Notes: generated by a model from the sequence alone, not told the origin. 64,000 bases of DNA from Spirochaetia bacterium (GCA_965203515.1 OZ241907.1:1056001-1120000); one strand, 5' to 3'. Positions 19,632 through 29,418 are shown, counted from the stretch's first letter. Program-made: numbers and translations.

Positions 19632-19997
19632 TCACGACCGGGGTTTCTTGGAAGATGATCGTAATTTATCTAATACCTTTTCAACCGGATGGGCTACTTC
19701 ACCATCGGGAATGATCGGATCATCGTCTGCCCTCAAAACAACGCTATCCGGATTCGGACCGATGATAATCGAATAATCCGCACTCCGTTGCTTAGAAAGA
19801 CCAGTAATTATCGCTACGCGAACCAAGTCACCGTCGTCGGTGTATCCCAGATCCTCTCGCCATTTACGAAAGATCAACTCACCAGCGTCACCGTTCTCAA
19901 AAGCGATAGCAAGAATCGGCAATCTGCCAGGCTGTAGAATAAAACCAGTCGCTCGCCACTTCGCACGATCCCATCGACGTTCTCTGGATATTGTCAT
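19632..19997 (-). pseudogene. Low-GC C-terminal fragment of an unidentified protein
   Basis: AT-rich 121-aa ORF abutting the AIPR start; no convincing N-terminus. Confidence 0.4.
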
Positions 19998-20055
19998 TAT
20001 CAGTCATTGTCTGCCATGTTTGACATATAGCAGGATGGCATGGAGGCTGTCAACC

Positions 20056-20278
20056 CTGTCGCGCGCCGAATACGCGGCTGCGCTGGCCGCCGCGCCGCCG
20101 GCATGGGGCGAGGGCGCCGACCGCCGGCACAACGCGCTGTTCACCCTGGCCGGTACGACCGCTGACGAGGTGCTGGCCGACCTGCCGCCGGCCAAACCCG
20201 ACATCGACACCATCGCCGCCGGCCCCGGCGTCGTGTTCTGGTCGGCGGTGAAGGAGCGCATCACCCGCTCGGCGTTCA
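20056..20278 (+). pseudogene. Internal fragment of the DUF1697 gene (duplicate of 10839-11061)
   Basis: Near-identical nucleotide match at offset 9217. Confidence 0.92.
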
Positions 20279-20385
20279 AAGCGGCTGGACGTTCCGGTTA
20301 GATGCTACTGTCGAGAATGGCGTGCGGCGTCGGACTGCCGGTGTACGACCGGACGCCATAACGGAATCGACAGTTCCAGAAATCG

Positions 20386-21564
20386 ATGTATATTGGAACC
20401 ATGTATGCCAGAGCGCTGCGCAGGCCGCTGGAGTTGGGCCACAGCTTCTTCCTGTTCGGACCGCGCGGAACCGGCAAGACCACGTGGCTGAAGCAGCGCC
20501 TGCCCGATGCCCTGTACTTCGACCTGCTCGACAGCGGGCTGTACGTCGACTTGCTGGCGCGGCCGGAACGGCTCGGCGAGCTGATACCGCCGGCGTATGA
20601 CGGCTGGGTCGTGCTGGATGAGATCCAGCGCATCCCGCTGTTGCTCAATGAGGTCCATCGGTTGATCGAAGCGCGCCCCGACACCCCGGTCGCCATGACC
20701 GGCTCGAGCGCCCGCAGCCTGCGCCGCCGCGGCGTCAACCTGCTGGCCGGGCGCGCCCACACCTATCGCATGCACCCGCTGACCGCCGGCGAGCTGGGCG
20801 CCGACTTCGACCCGGCGGCGGCGCTGCGCTACGGCCACCTGCCGGCGGTCCGCAGCGAACGCGATCCGGACGCGTATCTCGCCTCCTACGTGGAGACCTA
20901 TCTGCGCGAGGAGGTGATGCAGGAGGGGCTGACCCGCAACTTGGCGGCGTTCGGCCGCTTCCTGGAAGCCGCCAGCTTCTCGCAGGCGGCGCCGCTCAAC
21001 GTAGCGGCGGTGGCGCGCGACGCGGGGATGGAGCGGCGCACGGTCGCCAACTACTTCCAGGTGCTTGAAGACCTGCTCCTGGCGTGGCGCCTGCCGGCCT
21101 TCACGCGGCGGGCCGCGCGCCGGGTGACCGGCCATCCCAAGTTCTTCCTGTTCGACGCCGGCGTCTACCGCCGGATCCGCCCGCGCGGACCGCTCGACCG
21201 CCCGGAAGAGGCCGAGGGAGCGGGGTGGGAGACGCTGCTCCAGCAGGAGGTACGCGCGGTCAACGACTACGAGGGGCTGGGCTACGCCTTGTCCTACTGG
21301 CGCACGACCGCCGGCGCAGAGGTGGACCTGGTGGCGTACGGCGAGCGCGGCCTGCTGGCCTTCGAGGTAAAGCGGACCGGGCGCCTGCGCCGCGAAGACG
21401 GCGCGGGACTGCGCCAGTTCGCCCGCGACTATCCGCCGGCGAAGTGCTTCCTGCTGTACGGCGGCGACCGGCGCGAGTACCAGGGCGGCGTCGAAGTGTG
21501 GCCGCTGGCCGAGGCGCTGCGCTGCCTGCCCTCGATTCTGGCCGCCGGCGCGGGCGGCGGCTGA
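20386..21564 (+). CDS. AAA_14 ATPase with DUF4143 domain
   Basis: GPRGTGKTT, LDEIQ, TGSSAR, LAGRA, KFFLFDAG, EVDL..FEVK; start may be 20401. Confidence 0.9.
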   Translation: MYIGTMYARALRRPLELGHSFFLFGPRGTGKTTWLKQRLPDALYFDLLDSGLYVDLLARPERLGELIPPAYDGWVVLDEIQRIPLLLNEVHRLIEARPDTPVAMTGSSARSLRRRGVNLLAGRAHTYRMHPLTAGELGADFDPAAALRYGHLPAVRSERDPDAYLASYVETYLREEVMQEGLTRNLAAFGRFLEAASFSQAAPLNVAAVARDAGMERRTVANYFQVLEDLLLAWRLPAFTRRAARRVTGHPKFFLFDAGVYRRIRPRGPLDRPEEAEGAGWETLLQQEVRAVNDYEGLGYALSYWRTTAGAEVDLVAYGERGLLAFEVKRTGRLRREDGAGLRQFARDYPPAKCFLLYGGDRREYQGGVEVWPLAEALRCLPSILAAGAGGG

Positions 21565-21882
21565 CCGCGCCGGCGGTACCATTCGACAGCGCCCGCCGCG
21601 CCGAAGCGTCCAACATCGGCGCCGGTTGTAGACCGTGCCGCTCGCTGCTCGCGCGTGGTCGTGCGCGTCGTACGCCGACGACTCACCCCTGCGATCCCGG
21701 CAGATGAAAGGTAACTACATGAAAGACAACGAGTTATGAGAAATTGGGGGGAGGGGGGGGGTGACAGCCGAAACGGAATCACCTAACCTGCCCCTCAGAC
21801 GTCAAGGGAGCAGCCTTGGCCGCGGTCGCCGCGACTGGGCTGTCTAACCAGCCGGGACCGCCCGCTCGCGGGACAGGGGGAG

Positions 21883-23235
21883 ATGATGAAGCACTTGGTG
21901 TATCTGGCTCTAGCGGCAGGCGCTCTTGCGATGACAGGATGTGACGACGTTGCAGCTCCGAAGCCTGCAGCTCCGCTGGCGGCCGCACCGGCCGCGCCTG
22001 CGCCTACGCCGGCCACACCGGCGGCCGAGTACTCCTGCGGCGATGGCTACATCTTCGACAGTGATCAATTGCCCGGGCCGGAAGGCGCGGTCGTCAATGA
22101 TGTCTTCTACTGGGGTTCGAGCACCTCGGGAGCGGCGCGATGCTTCTCTGACACTCGAAACAACAGCATAGTCGGCAGGGTAGAATCGAACACAGGCGAT
22201 GTTGCCACAGGCGCAACAGTCATGTCAGTTACCCTTTCTGGCGAACTCAGGTGGTATCTCATACTTGAATTCTCCGATGGCACCTACTGTTCTGCGGCCA
22301 CTGCAGGGGATGGGAGAGCGACCTGCTTTGCAACGGTGGAACGAGATGCTACTGGATTTCGCGTAGACGATCTCCCTGCTGTTCCACTTCCTGTTCCTGA
22401 AGGCGCACCGGAGCGTCCTGTTGTAGATCCTCCCGGTGGTCCCGGTCCTGGTGGTGGCGACGTGGGCGGGGGGCATACCGGTGCCCCGGAGCCTGCCCCG
22501 AAGCCGGAAAAGAGGAAATTCAAGAATGCAAGGGTCGCCTATATTGCGGACCCGGACCAGAGCCGAGGCGGCGTTGACCGCCTGAGATTCGTTACCCGGT
22601 ATGGATTGGACGATCACGACGATCTTCCTGACGAACGTAGGTTGTATTTAATACTTAAGTTGAACGTTCCACGTGACGGTTACATCACCTCTCATAATTG
22701 TATTGTGGCTACTACAGGGAATGGGAGAGTGACCTGCGTTGCACCGTTGAAATTCTGGTGGGACCATTCTCACTGCAGCGACGGCGAATGCAATGGAGAC
22801 GGTGATGGTCATATGCGGTTTACATATAACGCCACAGGACGGACCGCGCCGCATCCATCAGTAGACCATTTCCCTACCTCTACCTCGCCTCAATCTTCCG
22901 ACGGCGACAATGCCATAGGCGTGACAGCCTATCTCATCTATAGTGATGTGCAAAACAACCCTCGCCACTATGGCAGGGAGACTTTTTACGTACCTCCAGG
23001 CTGGCCTAGTTCTCCTAGCACAGATAGGTGGTATTTCATACTTGCATTCTCCGACCTCCACCCGCATCGCCCGTTTGATCTCGATCTCGATCCAAACGGG
23101 GTCAATGATCATACCTTCTGTATTGCGGCAACTAAAGGTGATGGAATAGTGACCTGCCATGAAATGGTGAAAGGAGTTTCTACTAAATATGCGAATGGTT
23201 ACATTGACCAATGGGAAGTACCATACGTGCCGTAG
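21883..23235 (+). CDS. Lipoprotein B, paralogue of lipoprotein A, with three two-cysteine repeat modules
   Basis: Lipobox LAMTG-C; N-terminal region nearly identical to A, later modules divergent; lower GC. Confidence 0.8.
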   Translation: MMKHLVYLALAAGALAMTGCDDVAAPKPAAPLAAAPAAPAPTPATPAAEYSCGDGYIFDSDQLPGPEGAVVNDVFYWGSSTSGAARCFSDTRNNSIVGRVESNTGDVATGATVMSVTLSGELRWYLILEFSDGTYCSAATAGDGRATCFATVERDATGFRVDDLPAVPLPVPEGAPERPVVDPPGGPGPGGGDVGGGHTGAPEPAPKPEKRKFKNARVAYIADPDQSRGGVDRLRFVTRYGLDDHDDLPDERRLYLILKLNVPRDGYITSHNCIVATTGNGRVTCVAPLKFWWDHSHCSDGECNGDGDGHMRFTYNATGRTAPHPSVDHFPTSTSPQSSDGDNAIGVTAYLIYSDVQNNPRHYGRETFYVPPGWPSSPSTDRWYFILAFSDLHPHRPFDLDLDPNGVNDHTFCIAATKGDGIVTCHEMVKGVSTKYANGYIDQWEVPYVP

Positions 23236-23384
23236 CGGTGAGCGGTGAGGTGGTCACCGGTTGGTTAGACAGTCCGAGGGGCGTTGACCGTGGCGCAGTT
23301 GGGCGAACAACACGCCGCTGAACCGGGTCTATCTCACTTCCATGCTACTGACGATCAGACTGCCTCGGGCACTTTTGCAAAGTT

Positions 23385-23950
23385 CCTCGTTGAAGAGCTG
23401 CGGCGCGGCCAGCAGCTCCGGCGTCTCGGCCTGGTAGCGCCGCAACTGCGCTACGCCGCGCTCGATGGCGCCGGCGTCGGTCGGGTTCTTGTGCTCGACG
23501 ATCGCCGCCGGCACGCCGTTGACCACGAAACATCACGTCGGCGCGGTTGCCCTTGCGGGCCGGCGGCTTGAGGCGCCACTCCCAGGTGACGTGCAGGGCG
23601 TTGGCGGCCGGCGTCTCGAAGTCGATCACGCGCACCGGCCGGTGGCGCCGCTCGGCATCGTCGTAGACCTGCCGCGCGCCGCGCAGCCAAGCCAGCGCCT
23701 CGCGGTTGCCGTCGATCGTGGCCGGCAGCGCTTCGAGCCGCTCCACCACCGCGCGCGCCGCGCCGCCGTTCATCCAGGGATTGAACCGCCGCAGGGTCTC
23801 TTCCAGCACGCCGCGGAACAGCATGCCGTCCGGCCCGCCGCACAGTTCCAGCGCCGCCGCCGGGGGCAGGGGAGTCCACCCGATCTCCTGATCTCCTCCG
23901 CATGCCGCACCATTGGAAACTGCGCCGCCCCGCCTCCGTGATCCCACCTT
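23385..23950 (-). pseudogene. hsdR: Type I restriction enzyme HsdR N-terminal fragment, frameshifted and truncated
   Basis: [38 protein letters not shown] spread over different frames. Confidence 0.8.
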
Positions 23951-23965
23951 CCGTCACGGCAAGCC

Positions 23966-24056
23966 CTACCGGCTATCCGATACCGGGGGCAACATCGGTT
24001 CGATCTTCGCAATCAGCGGCGGCAAGCGGGCTTGGTCATTCATCATTCTTGAACAT
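23966..24056 (-). pseudogene. HepT/DUF86 toxin remnant, copy 2
   Basis: Same fusion as 17552-17650 plus a 4-nt insertion giving an early TGA. Confidence 0.6.
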
Positions 24057-24348
24057 ATTGATCTTCCGCGATGGCAAGCACGTCCCGGCGAAAGTATGGA
24101 CTCAGGTCTTCCGGCGTTCGCAGGTCCACCTTGCGGCCGTCGAACAGCTCCGCCAACTCCATTTCCATGCCGGCAATGCCGAGCAGACCGGGAACGCGAT
24201 TCGGTTGAAACTCCACCAGCATGTCGATGTCACTTTCCGGGCCGAAGTCGTCCCGCAACGCCGAACCGAAGATCGCCATGCGCTTGATGCCGTGCTCCCT
24301 GCAGAACGCGGCAAGCGCGGGCTTGGACACGGAGACTTGCCGGTTCAT
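24043..24348 (-). CDS. MNT antitoxin, copy 2
   Basis: Protein identical to 17637-17942. Confidence 0.92.
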   Translation of the reverse strand: MNRQVSVSKPALAAFCREHGIKRMAIFGSALRDDFGPESDIDMLVEFQPNRVPGLLGIAGMEMELAELFDGRKVDLRTPEDLSPYFRRDVLAIAEDQYVQE

Positions 24349-26036
24349 CGCCGCTCCTCTGCTTCCGGCTTCAACAGGTCGACCAGGTCGGCCCGGCGGA
24401 AGGCCGCGGCCAGCCGTTGCAGCGTTGGCGCCCGCCCGCCGAACAGCGAGCCGAGCGCAGCGTCGATCTGACGCTCGGCATGGGCCAAGTAGCGGCCGCC
24501 GTGCCGTTCGATCAGTTGCCGCGCCCGCGCGAAGTTGCGGTGATCGAGACCGGCGAGTGCAACGCCCAGTTCTTCCAGAAGAGAGCGTCCCATGAGCATG
24601 GCGACGAATCGCGAGCCGTAGGCGAGGAAGTCGGGCGCATCGTCCGGGGCGTTCCTGCGGCGCGCTTCCGCCGTGCCGAGCAGCAGGGCGGCGACCACCG
24701 CCTGCGCGCCGTTCAGGTCCTGCGTGAAGATCGTGTCGTACAGCGCGCCGAAGTGGTCGCGGCCCCGGAACCGGGCCTGATGCGGCCGGCGTCGCCAGAC
24801 CGCCAGCACCGCCTCCGCGACCGCGGCGCTGGTGAACTCGTCGGCCGCTGGCGCCCGGTCCTCACGCTTGGTCCGGTACCGGTACCCCAACCCGGAGATC
24901 GACGTAGCGAGGTCCTGTTGGCGCCGGTCGTTCGCCCGCAAGTCGCGCAGATCGACCGGGTTCTGACTGTTGGTGGCAAACGTGATCGCCTCCACCAGGG
25001 CGTCGTCGTGGCGCTCCAGCTCGTAGATGCGGACCAGCACCTCCGCCGTCTCGATGTCCGGCCCGATCTCGCTGGCGATCTGCTGCACGGTGCGGGCGGT
25101 CTGTCCGCCGTTGACGATTTGCAGGTCGTCTACCTGCACGCTCCAGTGCTCTCGTTGCAGCGCGTTGTGGCGAAACTTGGAACAGACGATCGTGACTCCG
25201 TTGTTGTAGAAGTAGAAGTTGGGCCGCTGGTCCTTGCTGCGCAGGGTGGCCGCCACGGCCTCGTTCACCCGGTTGCCGGCAAGCCCCGGATAGCGGCGGA
25301 TGTTCCGTTCGAACAGTCGGTTGTCGTACCGGTCGGTCAGCCGTGCGAGCTCGGCGACCGACATGCGCCCCGTCAACACGCGCCGAAAGGCAAACGTCTC
25401 GACCGTGGCCTGCCCGATGAACTGCAGCTCCGCGTCGATCGGCTTCCGCGCCTGCAACAGCGCGAGGAGCTCCTTGGAGCCGAGGTAGCGCCATGAGACC
25501 TGCTCGCCGAAGTTGGCGGCGGCATTGTCGATGCGCTGCTGCGCCTGCGCGGTCCAACGCACCCCGTTGTTGGCGGCCACCGCGGTCACCCGCGGAATCG
25601 CGCCGGCCCTGACGAACGAACGGATCTCCTCGACCCGTTGCGTCAGCCGCCGGTTCAAGGTAACCGGCCGCTCGGGATCGAACAGCACGCCGGCGGCGTC
25701 GATCATCTTTGCGATCCCGTTCTCCGGGAACGCCGCGCCGCCGCGCAGGTCGGATCGGTATTTCCCTTGCATCAGGACGATCGGCAGCTCGCCGTTCTCC
25801 GGGGGCCCGAAGTACAGAGCGTCCACGCCGAAGTCGTCGGCCCCATCGACGATCCCGTCGAACGCCTCCCGGTCAGTGAGGTCGAACGCCGTCCGGGCGG
25901 CGAGAAGCACGAATGCCGCCGAACGCATCTTCTGCTCGTCGTTGCCCAGCCGAAGCTCGCCGGCAAGAAGGTCCGCGTGCCGCTCGACGATGCCCGACAC
26001 CTGTTGATCGATGATCTGCGCAGCCAGGGAGGTCAT
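24345..26036 (-). CDS. AIPR family protein, intact copy
   Basis: DGADDFGVDA..QGKY N-domain; LFERNIR, FYFYNNGVT, QIVNGGQT, ATNSQNPV motifs. Confidence 0.9.
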   Translation of the reverse strand: MTSLAAQIIDQQVSGIVERHADLLAGELRLGNDEQKMRSAAFVLLAARTAFDLTDREAFDGIVDGADDFGVDALYFGPPENGELPIVLMQGKYRSDLRGGAAFPENGIAKMIDAAGVLFDPERPVTLNRRLTQRVEEIRSFVRAGAIPRVTAVAANNGVRWTAQAQQRIDNAAANFGEQVSWRYLGSKELLALLQARKPIDAELQFIGQATVETFAFRRVLTGRMSVAELARLTDRYDNRLFERNIRRYPGLAGNRVNEAVAATLRSKDQRPNFYFYNNGVTIVCSKFRHNALQREHWSVQVDDLQIVNGGQTARTVQQIASEIGPDIETAEVLVRIYELERHDDALVEAITFATNSQNPVDLRDLRANDRRQQDLATSISGLGYRYRTKREDRAPAADEFTSAAVAEAVLAVWRRRPHQARFRGRDHFGALYDTIFTQDLNGAQAVVAALLLGTAEARRRNAPDDAPDFLAYGSRFVAMLMGRSLLEELGVALAGLDHRNFARARQLIERHGGRYLAHAERQIDAALGSLFGGRAPTLQRLAAAFRRADLVDLLKPEAEERR

Positions 26037-26039
26037 CGT

Positions 26040-27101
26040 TCATTCCGGCGGGCGGCGGTGCGGTCCGCGAGGCGGTGACGGTAACGGTGATGCGCGGCGC
26101 ACAGCAGACGGCGCCGAAGTACGGGTGGCGGCGGTCGGCGAGGGCCGTTTCGCTGCCGCCTCCACGCCGGCGGCACGGTCCGCGTCCGCCCGCTCTATCG
26201 GCGGCGAAGTCCCGGCATCGGCCGGCAGTGCAGCCTGCTCAACCGCCGAGACCGTGTCGGCGTCCGATTCGGCCCGTTTCTTCGGCGCCGAAGTTTGCGC
26301 GGCGTCCGCGGCGCTGTTGACCGGGCGCCGGCCGCGCGGAGGCCGGGCCGGGTCATGGCGATCCAGCGCCTCCCGTACCAGCCGGCCCAAGAGCTGGCCT
26401 GCCGTCAGATGCGGATCGACGTGGGAAAGAAGGCCCCTGAGCCGCTCCAGCCCATGCCGGCAATCGTCGTCGATTACCGCCTTGATCTCCCATCGCCCCG
26501 CGCCCAGCGGGCGCATCCGCTCCGCCGGCGCCGCCAGCTCGGGAGCGGCGTTCGCCAACAACTCCTGTACCTGCCGCGTGCTCCTGCCGGCCGCCTGCTC
26601 CACCAGCGCTCGCCGCGCCGACGCGTCCAACATCGGCGCCATCGCCGGCCCCGGCGCTGGCCGCGGTTCCGCCGGCCGGGCCGGCCCCGATTTCGGCGCC
26701 GTCGAGCCGGCTCCCGCCCCTGCGCGGCGCCCCGCGCGCCCCCGCTTGCGCTCCTGCTGATCGAAGGCGTTCTACAACTGCGCCGCCGCATTCAGCGTCA
26801 GCGAGCCGTCCCGCAGCCGCTCGCGCGCGCCTTCGACGTCCGCGCACAACCGCATCGCCTTGATGCGCCGCCAAGCCGCCGCGTCGCTGTACCCCAGCTC
26901 GCGCACCGCGTAATCGAACAGGCTGGAGAAGCCCAGCGTCAGATACAGACGGCGCCGGTGAAGCTCGCGCAGATGATCGATGACCACCACCTCAAGTTCG
27001 TGTTCCAGCCCGGACAACTCCTTGATCCGTTCCAACAATCGCTGGTCGGAAAGAGCGGAGACCGTGGTCATGATCTCTACGTTCGAGCTCGCATTATCCA
27101 T
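26040..27101 (-). pseudogene. HNH endonuclease-domain gene (DUF222-like N-terminus) with a nonsense codon and deleted HNH core
   Basis: HLRELHRRRLYLTLGFSSLFDYAVRELGYS N-terminus; TAG at 26772-26774 in frame with ORF 26040-26642; deletion near 26110 relative to the 15709 copy. Confidence 0.8.
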
Positions 27102-27205
27102 GAAAACAATATACTCAAAAGATGAAGCAGAGGCAAGCTTCATTCGATAATCAACTTTGCGAAGTGTGGTCACCAATAGTCCCCATCAGGAAGATCGTAG
27201 ATCAT

Positions 27206-27932
27206 CTACGCGATCTCGCTCGTCATCAATATCCGAAGAAGCGATCTGAACAGCTCTTCCAATAATGCGGCCTTACGCCGATGGAAGTCGACGGCTTCGC
27301 GCACCTTGCTCAGCGCTTGCACGATGGCCTGTTGTTCGCGTTTCGGAGGATGCGGCACCTTGAGCGCGGCCAGCCTGCTGCGGGACAGATTCGGGATCGT
27401 GGTCTTGTTGCCGGCGCCTTCGAAGATGCCGAGCTGGGTGAAGGCGGATTGCAGGAAGTACACGTAGAAGCGGGGCTCCACATCTTCAATCAGGCGCAGG
27501 CGATGCAGGTGATTCTGGAACGACATCGTTTCCACTTCGCCGTTCCAGATCGCCGCGCGGCCGATCTCGCCGCCTTCGCACACCAGCAGGTCGCCGGGAC
27601 GCAGCAGCTTGTCGGGCAATTCGTGCTGCGGGATCGACATCTCGGCCAACGGACGGATGTCCTCGGCCGGGATGAAGTTCTTGGGGCGGCCCTTGCGCAC
27701 GCGCCGGCCGGCGTTCACCAGCACGATCCGATCCTTCCGCGCCGCCGGCTTGCGCTTTGCCAGCACCACGATCACGCCGGCGGCGCTGGTATTGTAGAAC
27801 AGGTTGTCGGGCATCAGGATCACGCCGTCGATCAGGTCGCGGTCCACGAACCACTTGCGAATCGCGCGCTCGCGGTCCTCGTGCTTGCTGCCGGAGCCGC
27901 GGGTCACCGCGCCGGTGTCGAGCACCCACGGC
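27206..27932 (-). pseudogene. Fused remnant of type I RM hsdM C-terminus and hsdS
   Basis: [15 protein letters not shown] (HsdM) joined to [36 protein letters not shown] and [12 protein letters not shown] (HsdS). Confidence 0.8.
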
Positions 27933-28019
27933 GCGCCGTGCACGCAAGGGCCAGCCGTCAGCATCCGTTGACACGAAGCCGGCCGGAAAGCATCTTCTTG
28001 ACGTAGGGGGAAGGTGCCC

Positions 28020-28565
28020 ATGATGACGGACGAGCCAATCCGGCAACGGGCATGGCTCGGTCTCCTGGATGCGGACCGCGAGACGCTGTACCTGTTGTTT
28101 CTCGCAAACAAGATGAGGCAGGTCCATCGAATCGCTTCCACGATCGTTGCGGTCGGTTCTACGGCCGCGTTCGCATCGTTCGTCGTCGGCGCGTCGGGAG
28201 TCGGCGGCGCGCCGCAAGCGGGGACGGTCGGGCTGCAGACCGGAGTGGTCGGCAGCGCTATCAGCCTGCTGGTGGCTGTCGTCGCCATATGGTCCATGAT
28301 CTCCGACTACTCCAGGAAGGCCGTGATCGCAACATCCCTTTCCGGCGAGTGCTCGGAGCTGGCTTCGAGGTGGCGAAGGCTTTGGATCGACCTGGGCGAC
28401 CTGGGCGACGATGAGGCGCTGAAGCGGGTAGAGGACCTGGAGCGCGCGGACCGGGAAATCACCAGATCGGTTCCCCACGAGCTGGGAATCAACCGCAGGC
28501 TCAATGAGAAATGCGCCGAGCAGGCATACCAACTCATCAAGCAAGAGTACCCCGCTGCCGCGTGA
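28020..28565 (+). CDS. Two-transmembrane protein, SLATT-like
   Basis: Two hydrophobic helices followed by a helical C-terminus (WRRLWID); located at the defence-island edge. Confidence 0.55.
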   Translation: MMTDEPIRQRAWLGLLDADRETLYLLFLANKMRQVHRIASTIVAVGSTAAFASFVVGASGVGGAPQAGTVGLQTGVVGSAISLLVAVVAIWSMISDYSRKAVIATSLSGECSELASRWRRLWIDLGDLGDDEALKRVEDLERADREITRSVPHELGINRRLNEKCAEQAYQLIKQEYPAAA

Positions 28566-28770
28566 CGGCGGGCCGGGTCGATCCTTGAGCCGAAGTCACC
28601 GCAGACCGGCGGCTGACGGGTCGGATCGAGGCGGGCGGTAACCAAGTATACAAGGTCTCGCACGCACCGGGGCCTGAGGAACCGGTCCGTGCGGCGTTTC
28701 CGGCCCAGGCGGATGCGGTCGAGGCGGCCGGTTGGCGAGCAGGCGCCGCGGCCCCTACCATGGCGGCGCG

Positions 28771-29418
28771 ATGGCTCCGCGAACGTCCGCGGCCGAGCGC
28801 AGCAACGCCGAGTGGCTGGCGGCGCTCGCGCCGGATGCGCCCGGGCGGTCGGCCGCCATCGAGGAGCTCCGCCTGACCCTGGTCGCGGGGCTGCGCCGCG
28901 GACTGTTGCAGGGGCGCGGCATGCGGCGGCGCGAGTTCGCCGAGCAGGCCGAGGACTTCGCCCAGGAAGCGATGGTCCGGGTCCTGGCCGGCCTCGACGC
29001 CTTCCGCGACGAGAGCCGCTTCGTTACCTGGGCGCACAAGATCGCCCTCCGCGTCGCCCTCACCGAGCTGCGCCGCAAGCGCTGGAACGACGTGTCGCTC
29101 GACACGCTGCTCGTCTCCTCGGAAGGGGAGTCGATCCCGCGCGCCCTGGCCGACCCGTCGGTCGGCCCGGAGGGGGCTGCCCGGCGCGCCGCCAGCCTGG
29201 ACCGCGTGCTGCGCTATATCCGCGAGGACCTCACCGACAAGCAACGCACGGCCATGACCGCCGCCGTCCTGCGCGGCATGCCGCTCGAGGAGGTGGCGCG
29301 GCGCATGTCGATGAGCCGCAACGCCCTCTACAAGCTGCTGCACGATGCGCGTAAGCGTTTGAAGCGCCGCATGCTCCAAGACGGCATAACTCCCGACGAC
29401 GTACTGGCGGCATTCTGA
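28771..29418 (+). CDS. ECF RNA polymerase sigma factor
   Basis: AEDFAQEA, FRDESRFVTWAHKI, region 4 EEVARRMSMSRNALYKLLHDARKRL. Confidence 0.9.
   Translation: MAPRTSAAERSNAEWLAALAPDAPGRSAAIEELRLTLVAGLRRGLLQGRGMRRREFAEQAEDFAQEAMVRVLAGLDAFRDESRFVTWAHKIALRVALTELRRKRWNDVSLDTLLVSSEGESIPRALADPSVGPEGAARRAASLDRVLRYIREDLTDKQRTAMTAAVLRGMPLEEVARRMSMSRNALYKLLHDARKRLKRRMLQDGITPDDVLAAF

Noticed and set aside
26772..26774. In-frame TAG as pyrrolysine or readthrough
   Set aside because: The same gene has lost its HNH core, TAG is used as a normal stop elsewhere in the window, and no pyl genes are present; a CAG to TAG mutation is simpler.
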